A DNA stretch of 64,000 bases, from NCBI RefSeq assembly GCF_001447785.1, contig NW_015170912.1, positions 186,001 through 250,000 of the forward strand, read 5' to 3'. The notes under the pieces are model-generated. The model had not been told where the DNA came from. It searched no databases and worked only from the letters and a program-made list of their open reading frames with translations. Shown here piece by piece: positions 24,872 through 37,448 of this stretch. Made by a program: the position numbers and the translations under genes. This DNA is from Gekko japonicus (taxonomy: Eukaryota). Position 1 is the first letter of the stretch, and each line of letters begins with the position of its first letter.

Positions 24872-26105
24872 TGTCAGCTATGTTGCCATGGGGGTTGGGG
24901 AGCTCGGTCTGTGTCTGGTTAATTGCTACTGCATTCCTTTCTGTGCTTTTCCTGCTTTGCGCCGAAATGCTTATCTATACAGATGTGCAGGAGGGAGATG
25001 TATTGTCTGGGTTTTTCCTAGGTGCTGTGGGAGAGTGTTGGTTCTCAGCTTTAGCTACCTGTCTCCAAGCTTTATCCCGCGTGCAGGAGGGTGCCTAATT
25101 GGCCAGTGCGCTGGGGGGGGGGGTTGCATACGAATACCCTATATCCTATTATACCCATGGGGCCGCCGCCATTCTTAGCAGTGCTTATGTTACTGCATCT
25201 ATAGCTCTGCAATAAAAGCATTACCATTCCTGAATGCGTGTACTTTGTTGTTGGCTGTGGGTTCTGACATTCTGTTAAGAATCCTCCATTCTCTATCTCC
25301 GCGCATCTCTCCGAAATCGAGATGAGTGACGGAGAGGAAAAACCAATTCCTGAGAAGGACGACTCCGGGGGGGGGGTCCCAACCCCTACCACGACCGGTG
25401 AGGGGACCCCCACGACCCTGTCGATTGTGCCGGTGACTACCACGCTGCTGGTAACTGCAGTTGACGCAGGAGCCGTTCCTAAGACGACATCGACCCTGGT
25501 GTTTCTGACCCCGACAGGGCCGAGGCAGCTGCCCGGCCATGGTTACCGGCAAAGCTCCAACTGGAGCCAGTTTCACCCGGACTCTACTGCAAAGATTTAT
25601 ATGCTCACGCAGGGGCCACCGAGAGACAGCCGATTTGACCGGGGATTTTCCACTGTAGGGAGGTTTCCCCCCTTTGGGGCCCCATTTGAGACGTTGCCCG
25701 GGGCATGGGTGACAGAGAGGACGAAGGCGAGAAGTGGCCATGTGTCCCCGGAGGAGGAACTGGAACTGGCCCAGAGGATGGAGGTGGCAGATCGAGAGAG
25801 AAGGCAACTGCAGCGGACTTTGGAGAACATCATCCAGGCAATCCCACAGCAGGTAATCCAAGCCATCAGGGAGGAGAGGGAGGCCCAACTGGCGGTCCCA
25901 GCAGGGCAGGTTGCCCCTCCGGCCCCGCCGCCGCAGCTGCCCCGGCCTGATGACGCCCCACAACCGGGCCTGCCCGATGTACCAGTTCCAGCGCCACGTC
26001 CTGGCAGTCTGAGAGAACGGACGATACCCCGCCTGAAAGACCGCATTGAAGGCACCTTTGATGGGAACCCGGAGGAACTCTCCTACTTCATGGAGAGTTT
26101 CCTTC
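24872..26105 (+). mobile_element. Tf1/sushi-type Gypsy retrotransposon: 5' LTR (24872-25269), self-priming PBS and truncated gag
   Basis: TGTCAG...CTGACA LTR with TATA ~25140-25153 and AATAAA at 25211. PBS 25272-25282 is complementary to 25171-25181. gag ORF from 25322 has a coiled coil and the FDGNPEELSYF capsid-start motif. Confidence 0.85.
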
Positions 26106-26230
26106 CCTGGCAAATGGCTGTATGGGCTAGATGGTTGTCTGGGGAAAGTTCAGAAAAAACAAGAGAGAGACGAGGGAGCAGGAGATATGAAACTGACATT
26201 AAAGATTTCCAGTCAACAAGGACACACTGA
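25322..26230 (+). pseudogene. Truncated gag ORF (N-terminal ~260 aa) reading into flanking DNA
   Basis: ATG ~50 nt after the LTR; RLKDRIEGTFDGNPEELSYFMESF resembles the start of the sushi-class Gag capsid; composition changes abruptly at ~26105. Confidence 0.7.
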
Positions 26231-28294
26231 TCTTGCAGATAGGTGTTTTTTTTTCTGTTTCCACCTATCATAATTTCCACCAATAATTGTTTCAGTGACT
26301 TAGGAAGTGGGCATTCTTCATTTGGGGAGGGGGCTGTGGCTTAGTGTGCATTTTTCATAAGCTGTGCCTTTCCCCAAGCTCCCTCTTCATCTGAACAAAG
26401 TTTGCCCTACAGGGCAAATAGTGGGCTGATTTACATTAGGAAATTAAGCACAGGACAGAGAGGAAGGGTTAAGCACCAGAGCCCTAGTAAAGATTTCCTA
26501 CCTACACTGGTTTCTATTTGTCGAAGTTTAACAAAGTTTAATATCTTCTTTCATTTGGCCCTTGGGCAAAAAAACCCAAACACAATGTGCATTCTTTATA
26601 CTAAACATATTACAGAGAAATATTTTCTATTGAAACACACAAGATTCTCTTCAATCCACTATATTTAGGGTACTGATTTTTATAACAACTTTCTCAATGA
26701 ATATCGTGACAAAAGACATAATTTTTATCTACATATATGCAGCAAAGAACAGAACATGAAGCCAATAATAAAGACACTATGACAAAGTTCTTTTAGCTTT
26801 ATAGTAGGTTATAGTCATCATAGAAAATTAAGTATCTCAAAACTAATAGTAGAGAAACATATTTTCTTTCCCAATTTAAAAAAAATCATGTTATTGCTTC
26901 TTACAGTCCTTCTGAAAGAGTTTCATGAGCTTCTTCCTACAGATTTTTGAAAAAGAACAATGCTGTCTCTTGCCACTGTGTCACCTTACTTTATTAAACA
27001 TCAGAGCGTTTTGCTGGCTTTAAAAAGTCCTATTCTAAACTACATTTGATTATACCTATCCACTTAATGCTTTTGTCTTCACTATCAGAGGCTTTAATTT
27101 TATTAAAACAGTTTAAATAGGATTTGGGCATATGATGCCATTATCAATAGAAGCCTTGACTACTTTGTTACTGTCGCTGATCATTTCTTTTGGTTTCTGA
27201 CTTAGCAGATATCCTGCACATGTCAGGAGCTCACACAGAGGTCTCAACCTCTCATTTTTCTCATAAGACAGCCACATTCACACAAGTATGAGTATCTGTG
27301 AGCCAGGTGAACATTCAGTGTTAAATCATACCCACAGCACAAGAGTCATACATATGGGAAACATGTGAAGATTAGTTCCAGTATAATAGAAGAATATGCT
27401 GCCTAATTACTTAATGGATTGCCATTTCTAAATTCTGTCTGTATTCTGACATTTTATCAAGCAGATAAAACATACAAGCACGATAGGGTTGCCAGTTCCG
27501 CCTTGCCCACTGGCAGGAGATTGGGGGGGGGGTAGGGCTGTCAATTCCAGGTTGGAAAATACCTGGAGTTTTGGGGATGGATCCCGGGGAGATCAGGAAC
27601 CTCAGTGGGGTACAATGCCAGTCCACCCTCCAAAGTATCCATTTTCTCCAGGGAACATTTTCTCCCAATATCCAGCCATCAGCACCCCATTCTCACCCAT
27701 CTTCGAGTTGGAATTATTTGGCACCGGGGAAAGTTTGGTCTTAATGGATGTCAGCAGTTTCACTCCACATTTCTGGATGTCTGATCAATCCATCGTGCTC
27801 TCAAGCCATTTGGGAAGCCTGATTGCACACTTCTATCTTCGTGCTATTTTAAGAATTCAGTTAGTGATGTGCATATAAGTGGATCTTTGCCCCAGGGTTG
27901 TGAATCACCGCTTGTACATTTCTGCACCCAAACATTCTGTCAGGATCGGGAGCCCCCAGGTGAGTTATTTTTCAGTGAAAAATCCCCCCCAACCCCTCTC
28001 TCCTGTTTCTTGGGGTTGGAAAGATGGTGAAAATAGTCCCTAGTTAGGTTCCTATATCTGGAGACAACCTGGGGAGGCTGGCATCCCTAATTCAGGGAGA
28101 CTTGGGTAAAGCTGGAAAAATTTAAAAATCCAGGCAGCCTTGCTTCTGAGAAAACTTGGGCTGAACATCTGCCCCAAAAGGGCTTTCTGGGCATGGACCT
28201 TGGCTAAAGTGTGTGTGTTTGTGTGTGTGTATGTTAACTAGACTACAGAGATCAGTTCCCCTGGAAAAAATGAATGCTTTGGAAGGTGGACTGA

Positions 28295-28654
28295 TGTCAG
28301 GTAGCCCTGTCATAGGTCTGGAATGTGGAGGGGCGCCCTCCCGTTTTCTGTCTCAGTTCTCCCTGGCTCACCAACTGTTTGCTATCTTATGCTTGACCTT
28401 GTAGATGCTCCAGCTGCACTTTTAGTCAGCTGGGAAAGTTAACGGCTTTTGCTTTGCCTACTTGCTTTGTCCACGTGCGTGATATGTATCCATTGGCTCA
28501 TACAGGGGGATGTTTGATTCTAGTATAAGTCAGAGGCCCTAGTATTGGCGGCCATTCCTGACACAAGCTGTACACGTGTCTCTAGTACTGGATTTACCAA
28601 TAAACAGTTATCTTCTCATGAAGCCCTGTGTTGTGTAACCTAAGGACCCTGACA
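28295..28654 (+). mobile_element. Solo LTR nested in a hAT-like repeat
   Basis: TGTCAGG...CCTGACA ends; ACTGA/ACTGT TSD; TATAAG ~28524; AATAAA at 28599. The host repeat GGAAGGTGGACTG|TATGGCATT resumes afterwards. Confidence 0.75.
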
Positions 28655-29539
28655 ACTGTATGGCATTTTACCACACTGAGATCCCTGTCCTCCCCAGACT
28701 CCACCCCCAAATCTCCAGGATTTTCCCAGCCTGGAGCTGGCAACCCTACTCCTCGTCTCATTTTTCCCCATGCAAAATATTTTCTGCTTCAGAGTTGCTG
28801 TTTGAGAGCATCCCATGATTGACACATGAGTAAATGTACTGAAGTCAATAGGGCTACTGTCATGTAAGTATGCATTCCAAGAAAGAGAGGCAGAGCACAG
28901 GAGGCTGAGAGGGGCTGCAGTACTTGGCAAAGGGACCATGGAGTTGTCCAAATGGAGTGGTTCTTTGAAGGAGTGCTTCTGCACATTTATTTTATTTATT
29001 TATTTATTTAACTTTCAACTTGCTACCCCCCCAAACCCCCCCCCGGGGGTCTCTGAGCGGCTACAGTTAACCATTATCCCTTACCTAGGGCCACATGTAT
29101 GCTGGGGTGGGGACTGTCCTAACAGCACCCAGTGGAGGGACGTTCTGGATCGGCTCGTCGGCTCGTCGACACAGCTTCTTCTGGCTTCTACCTCTTTCTG
29201 TCCCTCCATGTCACAAGTGTGAAAGACAATTTTTAAAAAGGATGCCACCTGGCCACCCACTCCATGGTTACCGTGCAGCAATAATTTGAATGGTCAACCA
29301 CGGAGTGAGCGTGCGGTGAGGCAGGTTAAGGGTGGCATGTTTGGACAAACCTCTCCGAAACAAATAACACCGGATAAAATAGAGGCATGACCAGACCATG
29401 CCAAGCCTGTCATCTGACCGCAGCCTCAAAGTGCCATCCTATGTACCCTTCTAAGCCCACTGACTTCAATGGGCACAAACGGGTGAAATTCTACTTTGGA
29501 TTACAGTGTGATTGATTAATTGCTACCTGTGATAGATTC

Positions 29540-29968
29540 ACACACCAGAGCAAAGCTCTCTGAAGGTGCCACCCTACATCATGTAAAATTGACAACCACC
29601 TGTTCACATTCGTTCTCTGTGGCGGCTCCTACACTGTGGAACAGTCTGCCTGAGGCTGTTAGGAAGGTCCCCACATGTCTACACAAAATGGGCAAAACAG
29701 AATTATTCAGGAAGGAATTCTTGTAGAGGGAGCAGATCAACTCAGGAGGTGAACTCTATACGTTTTCCCCCCTTCCTTTCCTTCAGTCCCATCCCCACTG
29801 CATTTTGTTGTTACTCTAGGAATTTCTGCTGTTAGATTCAAATGTTTTCATACAAATGTTACGATATTTTGTAATCAGTTTACTGATTGACTGAATAGTT
29901 CTATTGTACTTGTAATCTGCCTTGAGTCCCAGTGAGAAAGGCAGACTATAAATTAAAATAAATAAAAT
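29540..29968 (+). mobile_element. L2 LINE 3' end
   Basis: SFSVAAPTLWNSLPEAVR motif, followed by a UTR and (AAAT)n tail. Confidence 0.65.
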
Positions 29969-32018
29969 ATAATGTATACACATTATTTGGTTTTCCCATC
30001 TACCTTTACCATGGAAGATACATCACAGAATTATGTATGCAGTAATAAACAGCTGTTTTGTCACCGCTGCAGTTATTCTCACACTATTTATGACAACATG
30101 AAGAAAAATCAATCCAGGTGTTTTATAGCCAGTGCAAGAGTTTACATCCTCATTACAGACCAGTTCCAAAAACTGTTGCAATGGGAAAATGTTCTGCATG
30201 TTGAAATACTTTGCTTAGCTCTGGAATACCATTTAAGCAGTCTGTGGATGAAGCCAATCACGTTTCTCTCAGCCTTTCCAAACTATTAAACACAGAAACA
30301 GAACTTTTAACCTTTCAGTAACCTGAACTTGCTCTCACACGTTATTCTGAAGGCTCCTCAGTAAAATAAAATTGACTGACATGTGACAAATTAAAACTGT
30401 CAAAGTGCAACCTGCAGATCAAACATGGCTCTGAAGAGGGAAGATTTGACATTTCCATCTTCATCAAGAGGGGATTCTGTCAAGTAGCCGCCCAAATTCT
30501 TCGTCAGTAATCTGCACGCCAAACTTGGAACAGACAGCAGTTAGCTGCAGTCACTCATGGAGTTCACATTTGGGTCAGCAGTACCCACAATACCCCAAGC
30601 ATATGGCTGCCATTAACTCTTTGTTACTGCTCCGGGCCCTAAGATCAAGAGCAGCACGTGAATATCAGAGGTTAATCAGGGTTTTGATCGCTCCAGCTTT
30701 CTCGGAGAAAGAAATTCTGCCACAGAAATCCCTCCATTGGGGGCACACAGAAATAGAAATACCAGCATACTGAAATGGTGTGTGATTGTCTAGCTATGAA
30801 AAGTTATTCATTACACTAAAACACTGGTATTGCTGAAACTAGTTAACTCTGAAAGGCCTTTCATTTGAACTGTTTAGCATGAAAGAAAATGCAGGGGCAG
30901 AGTGGCTTTTTGGAGGGAGGTTGGAAAAAAGCTTCTTTTGCAAAGGGTTTTCATAATGGCCTTCAAGACATTTTGCATACAAATATTTTTAAAAGCGGCA
31001 GCGTTTATTCACTGGCGAGAAAGAGTTTTCGTCAAAACATAATCCACAAAATACTGGCATAAATAGGAATGATTTAAGCAATAATGATGAACAAGGCGTT
31101 CATTCACCATTTTGCAGAGCTCATAGGCACAGCTGGGTTTTTGGGAGGTGGGGACAGGCTTCCCTTTCGGCAAGGCAGTGAAAGGGTTTGCTTGTATAGC
31201 CATTATTTGCGGGGGGAGGTCCCCATCCCACTTGCCTGCTTTATACAAATGAACGATTTGTACCAAACTTCTTTTCATCTTTAGGGCTGTTATGGACAAC
31301 AGTAATAATGATATATTTAGCTGCATGTTTGCAGAAGGAATTTTCGACTTCGTATTTTTCGGTTTACAATTATTTGCTCTGTTTCGTTTCCACCCCCATG
31401 AAGGCTATGTTACAGTGGGGAAGAGACAGTGTTACTTCCTCCAGTCATGTTTTTGTTGTTGTTGTTAATTGGTTATTTTATTTATATTATACATTTGAAA
31501 CACAATTTTTGACTGAGTACGGTGGTTCTCAAACTATGGGTCTCACAAGATGGGTTGCAAGGCCAGGAGGGGGCGGGAAGAGGAATGGGATGAGAGGAGG
31601 CTCTGGGAAGCTCAATGGCAAATTTAGATTTACTTCCACATAGTATATGAAATGGCCACAAAGCACAGTTTGTTGCTCAATTATGCCCTCTCTCGTTTGT
31701 GTGTGTGTGAGGGGGGTTCTAGACAGCCAGAGTGGTGTAGTGGTTAGAACATCATACAGAACTAAGAGATGCAAGTTCCATACTCTGCCACAGAAGCTTT
31801 CTGGGAGGTTCTGGGCCAATCACAAGTGCTCAGCTTAAGGTACAACAGCATAGGGTTGTTGTGAGGATAGGAGGAAGATGTGAGCTGCTTTTGGGTCCCC
31901 ACTGGGAAGAAAGGCACAGTATTTTTAGTGTTTATGTATTATAAATTTGTTCAGTGTTAACTGTTTTATGTTGATCAGGGGCAATATAACATGAATTATT
32001 CCTGGGTCCTATTTCAAA

Positions 32019-32375
32019 GGAGCTGCGGTGGCTCAAGTGGTTAAGACACTGAACTGCAGGCTGTGGAAGGTCAGTAGTTCAGCGGTTCAAGACCCGGGTG
32101 CCGCAAGACAGGGTGAGCTCCTGTCTCTAGTTCCAGCTCCTGCCAACCTAGCAGTTCGAAAGCAAGAAATTGCAAGTAGATAAATAGGGACCACTTCGGT
32201 GGGAAGGTAACAGCGTTCCGTGCGCCTTGGTGTTTGTTTAGTCATGCCGGCCACATGACCACGGAAACGTCTTCAGACAGCGCTGGCTCTTCGGCTTTGA
32301 AATGGAGATGAGCACCGCAACCCTAGAGTCGGATTCGACTGGCTTTCGAGCAAGGGAACCTTTACCTTTACCTTA
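32019..32375 (+). mobile_element. Full-length Sauria SINE
   Basis: tRNA-like head GGAGCTGCGGTGGCTCAAGTGG...GGTTCAAGACC; (ACCTTT)n tail; 11-bp TSD CCTATTTCAAA. Confidence 0.9.
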
Positions 32376-32539
32376 CCTATTTCAAAAAGCTTGAGAATCA
32401 CTGGCTTTTCAGAAGTTAAAAAATAAAATAACAGTAAATAAAATATTAACATGTTTAAACCTTTTAAAAAAGCAGACATATAAAAGCTAACAAAAATACA
32501 GTGGAGACAAAAAAAAATGGCGCCCTGGTCCTATACTGT

Positions 32540-32716
32540 GGTAGTATGCACCACTAGTGGGATCAACAGTGGGATGGCTTCTAATGTCCTGGCCCCACTG
32601 GTGGACCTCCTGATGGCACTGGTATTTCTGGCCACTGTGGGATACAGAGTGTTGGACTGGATGGGCCTTTGGCCTGATCCAACATTGGCATCTCTTATGT
32701 TCTTATGTTCTTATGT
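32540..32716 (+). mobile_element. CR1 3' end
   Basis: TGGACTGGATGGGCC...CTGATCCAACA...(TTCTTATG)n; reverse match to 38993-39226. Confidence 0.7.
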
Positions 32717-32733
32717 AGTGTGTGGCCAGCTGT

Positions 32734-32872
32734 NNNNNNNNNNNNNNNNNNNNNNNNNNNNNNNNNNNNNNNNNNNNNNNNNNNNNNNNNNNNNNNNNNN
32801 NNNNNNNNNNNNNNNNNNNNNNNNNNNNNNNNNNNNNNNNNNNNNNNNNNNNNNNNNNNNNNNNNNNNNNNN
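32734..32872. other. Assembly gap
   Basis: N run. Confidence 1.
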
Positions 32873-33099
32873 GGAACTCTCAAGATGGAAATGAAGTTTT
32901 CAATCTGTATACTGAAAAATCATGAACTTTTAAACATTTTTAAAAGAATGTTGCTGAAGAGGTTCCAGAACTCCGTTCCAGTGCATTCTTCCAGAAAAAA
33001 AGCCAACCAAAATGGTTAGGTAGACAGGCTCTAGAAATATATAAAGAAACTGAAACTAAAAATTAATATATATATTTTAATCCCCCTAAGGGGAGTTTT

Positions 33100-34899
33100 T
33101 TATTGTTTTTTTTTACAAACTACAAACTATAACTGAAAATATAGGGAGGGGGACTACATCTAAGGAGAAACAAAAATAACACACACCTAACTAAAAACCC
33201 AAGAGTAGGAGATCAATACATCAGCTTGTCTCAATGCTATTTTAGAAAGCTAATAATGCAATGAACATAGTCGGTTATGCTAGGTTAATTATTGTTTAAC
33301 CATCCCTTTAACTGTTTAAAGAAATCCCCTGAGCATCCCAAAGTTATTTCAACATTTTTTCAGGCACAAATCAGAGTCCTTCAGCCCTTATTTATTCTTA
33401 TATTTTCTAATCCTCAGTTTACATGAACTTCTGGGGGCAGCCGCCCCCTTTTCAGAGAGGGAGTCCTCATCCGAAGACACCGAGCCTAACTCGCCATCAG
33501 ATTTGCTTTCTTCTTCCTTTTTGTCCTCAGCTGGTTCCCCAAGCTGTGTTCGCAGAAAGCCACGTGCTTTAAAAACAGAGTCAATCTTTTTTTTTTAATC
33601 GTGGAGTTTGAAAATGACACATTCTGGAATTAGCCATCTGTAATTGATGCCATTTGTTTGTAAGAAAAGGATTAATTCTTTATAGTTCTTTTTCTTCTGT
33701 CTTATGTCAAACGGAATGTCTTTTAAAATCCTATGTTGTTGTCCCCAATTTTCAAGGGTGTTCCTGTATTTGCTTTCAAGATAGCATCTCTCACATGTCT
33801 CTTCGAGAATCTGACTACTATTTCCCCAGGCAGATTATTTTTCTTGACGTATGAGGAATAGGACCTGTAGACCACATCCATCTCGCTGTAGAGGTATTCT
33901 GCTGTCCAATCTGTCATTGGGGCTATTGCTTCACTCAGCCATTGCTTCAGATTCTCTCCTCTAATTTCCAGGACCCCTTGAAACCATAGGACCAAATTTG
34001 CTTTCTCCATTTGCAGCTGTAAAAGTTTTGACTCTTCTATAGCTTGCTTCATTTCCAGCGTTTGCACCTTTTTCTTAACTTTTTTAGTATTGGCGTCGAT
34101 TTCCTTCACCTTCTCTCCCATTTGCTCTGTTGCTTTTAAAGATTGAGTAAATTGTAACTGCTGTGAAGCCAAGCTCTGACCAATTGTTGACAGTTGTTGT
34201 TTGATACTAGTCATCTCATCCAGCAGAGGGTGCAAGGAATCAGCCAACAGTTTTGAGAGCTCAGTAGTCTCTTCCGTTCGAGGACTACCCACTAGTTTCG
34301 GTTTCAACAGCTTTTCTTTCTCCGGTTTCTTCCCCACCATCTTTTTGGATTTGTTTACTTTTCAACAAGTTGCTAAAGTCTCTGATATTCGCCCAAACGC
34401 TTATCTGCACTCTGGTAAGTCTCTTAAAACAGATTTAAATGCTTATTTTTCCGCTCCCCCCTTTTTTTGTTTGCATTTTGTCTATGCGTTTGGGAGGGAC
34501 CTCTCCCCCGCTCACTTTCTTGTCGCTCTTTAAGGAGGGGGCAGCTTTCTTTTTAAATCTTCATGCTTGCTTCAACCCGACTCACAGTTCGTTGTTGGCC
34601 AACCGGCCTCATTTGGCATCGTTTTTTTCCACCCAATCTCCAACCTTGTCCCAGTCAGCAGCACTCGTACCATGCGGTCACTCAGCGGCAGGACCTTTGG
34701 GGTGGAGGAGCACCTCAATTCTCTGGCATCATGCCATCGAAGAGGTCACCCCTCAAAAGCCCCCTAGCTAGGAGCCTTTTACCAAGGCTCCGGGGGGGTC
34801 GCGACCCGTTGCGCCCCCTCCTACATGCTGGTGTGCAGTTTGCATCCCCGGGGCATCTGGGAAATGGGTCTGCCTGTGTGTCGCCATAAACCAGAAGCC
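33100..34899 (-). mobile_element. L1-type 5'UTR plus ORF1 (no ORF2)
   Basis: ORF 33723-34340: coiled coil, then NLVLWFQGVLE..ENL..DVVYR..PGEIVVRF..RDAIL (ORF1p RRM-like). The 5' end GGCTTCTGGTTTATGGCG carries a YY1-like ATGGCG. Confidence 0.75.
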
Positions 34900-36436
34900 A
34901 ACAATTGTTATTATTAAACAACTAGGAGTAAGGCTCGTTTTGGGAAGAAATACAACGAGTTCTAGATGGAAGCTCCAGGTGAGTGTCCCGGCTGTGGCTG
35001 GTGGGGCGGCAGAGGGAAGGGAAAAATAGAGGGAGGCAAGCCATATTTATTTCCTTCTGCTTAGCTATAAGGCAGGTCTTAAGTCATTCTGCTGCCCCAA
35101 GTAGGTAGTATGGGAGGACAGCCTCATGGTAACAGGTATGGTTCCCTCCACCACTGACTTATGTTGATTTGGGGTTATGCAATGGCAGCTAAAGTAGAAA
35201 AGCACCTCCTCCTATGCCATGTCTTCTGGGTTCCAAGGGTCTGGAAAGTGGTTCCATAGCCAGTTACAGGGCTGCCAACTCTGGGTTGGGAAATACCTGT
35301 AGATTTGAGGGGTAGAGCCTGGGGAGGGCAGGGTTTGGGGTGTGGAGGGACCTCAGCAGGGTATAATTCCATAGGGTCCATTGCCCAAAGCAGCCATTTT
35401 CTTCGAGAGAAGTGATCTTGGAGATCTCCAGGTGCTGCCTGGAGGCTGGCAATACTAAGTGGAGGGCCAGATCTGTAGAATTGAGGGGTAGAGCCTGGGG
35501 AGGGCAGGGTTTGGGGTGCAGAGGGTATAATTCCATAGAGTCTATTGCCCAAAGCAGTCATTTTCTCCAGGAGAACTATATGCTATAGCGCTATAACGGA
35601 ACAGCAATATATCAACGCCATTGAAATATCTGGAGTGTTTTGTTATAGTGCTATAGCGCTAAAAAGTGAACGTTAAAAAAAAGCCGGAGATCGCTCACAC
35701 GGGCGAAAAGCGGTGGGGGAAAAGCGGTGCAGTCTGAAATGGCAAACCGCTTCAGATCCAGCTCTTTACTGGAAGGAATAGGCCATGTGTGAAATGGCAG
35801 CCCTATACCGGTTTACTCCATGATGGATCAAAAACAGCTTCAAAACGGGTTAAAAAGGGTAATGTGAAATTCCTCACAATTATATATAAGGAGAGATTAC
35901 TACTTAATTACTATTTAAGTAGTAACAACAATAATTAACATTTGGTTACTATTTGTTACACTTCATTACTATTCAAATTTATTTTAAAAGTACTATTAAA
36001 ATTAGTTTTAACTTTTGTTTTTAGTCTGGTTTCCTCATTTACATACTTCTAGAGCCTGTCTACTTAACCCTTTTGGTTATCTAACCTGCTTCTATGGGTT
36101 GGATTTTGTTGTTCTTCCTTCCCTTCATATGCTGAGTGTACATAGTCTTTACATACACACACACACACACACACACATTAGAGATGTACTGTATATCTTG
36201 AGAATAAATGTTGTGTAGGGGTTAGAGTGCCAGACTGGAATTTGAGAAACCCATGGTTCCAATCCCCACTGTGTCATGGAAGCTTGCTGGGTGCTCTTGG
36301 GCCACTCACATTCTTTCGGCCTCACCTACCTCACAGGATTATTCTTGTGAGGATAAAATGGGAGAGGGAAGAATGATGTTGTAAGCCATTTTGGGTCCCC
36401 ATGGGGAAGAAAAACAGGGCATAAATGTAGGTATGT

Positions 36437-36625
36437 AAAGTGCCATCAAGTAGCAGCCAACTTATGGTGACCCTGTAGGGTTCTCAAGGCAAGAGACTTG
36501 CAGAGGTGCCTCTGCGTAGTGACCCTGGAGTCCCTTGGAGGTCTCCCATCCAAATAGTAACCAGGGCCAACTCTCCTTAGCTTCTGAGATCTGAGGAGAT
36601 CAGGCTAGCCTGGGCCATCAAGGGC
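36437..36625 (-). mobile_element. 5S rRNA-derived SINE with RTE-like tail
   Basis: Reverse strand reads GATCTCCTCAGATCTCAGAAGCTAAGGAGAGTTGGCCCTGGTTACTATTTGGATGGGAGACC (5S-like), followed by TCTTGCCTTGAGAACCC. Confidence 0.7.
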
Positions 36626-36846
36626 AGGGCAGGGCAGTGCATAAATATCTAAATAAGATGATAAAACACTCTTAGCAACTGTTGTGGGGGAAGGGTTGTT
36701 GGGCCAATGTACAGAATCAGCACAGGAAGCATTGGGAACGGGGCTGCCAACTCTGACTTGGGGAATTCCTGGAGTTCCAGGGATGGAGCCTGAGGAGGGT
36801 GGAGTTTTGGAAAGGGAGGGAGCTCACCTTGGATGTGTTACTATAG

Positions 36847-36998
36847 GGCTGCGATCACACACACAGAATAACCCACACTCAATCCACTTTCAATGCACTT
36901 TCCAACTGGATTTTGCCAGTTCACACAGTAAAATCCATTTAGAGAAGTGCACTGAAAGTGGATTGAAAGTGGTTTATTAAGTGTGTGTGATCGCAGCC
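36847..36998. mobile_element. Palindromic Harbinger-like MITE with TAG TSD
   Basis: TIR GGCTGCGATCACACACAC / GTGTGTGTGATCGCAGCC; TAG on both sides; nearly the whole element is self-complementary. Confidence 0.85.
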
Positions 36999-37243
36999 TA
37001 GTAGATCCCACCCACCAAGATCTCATTTTATCCAAGGATATGATCTCTGTAGTTGTAATTGCGGGTGAACTTCAGGCCCCACGTGGAAGTTGGCAACTCT
37101 GACTGGGAAACAGTGGCAGCAGTCACAGTCTGGGGCAGCCAGCCCCCCGCTTATCTATGTGGGGTGCATTGTCCTTTCCTTGCATCTTCATTTATAAGAG
37201 TGCAGGCTTGTCTCTGGAGTTTTACAGGTGGAATACCTGTAAG

Positions 37244-37448
37244 CAGTGTTCCCTCTAAGCTGAGTTAGTGTGAGCTAGCTCATTTTTTTTAGCCTCCAGC
37301 TCACACATTTTTGTCATAGCTCAGGAAGGATGGCTCCAGAGCAAACTCATTTATGCAGCAGCCAAATCAGCTGCTCACAACTTTAATGCCAGTAGCTCAG
37401 AAAGTAGAATTTTTGCTCACAAGACTCCACAGCTTAGAGGGACCATTG
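37244..37448. mobile_element. hAT MITE with 8-bp TSD
   Basis: CAGTGTTCCCTCTAAGCTG / CAGCTTAGAGGGACCATTG termini; TSD CCTGTAAG. Confidence 0.85.

Noticed and set aside
25199-26113. 304-aa and 152-aa antisense ORFs over gag
   Set aside because: Shadow ORFs of a GC-rich gag sequence.
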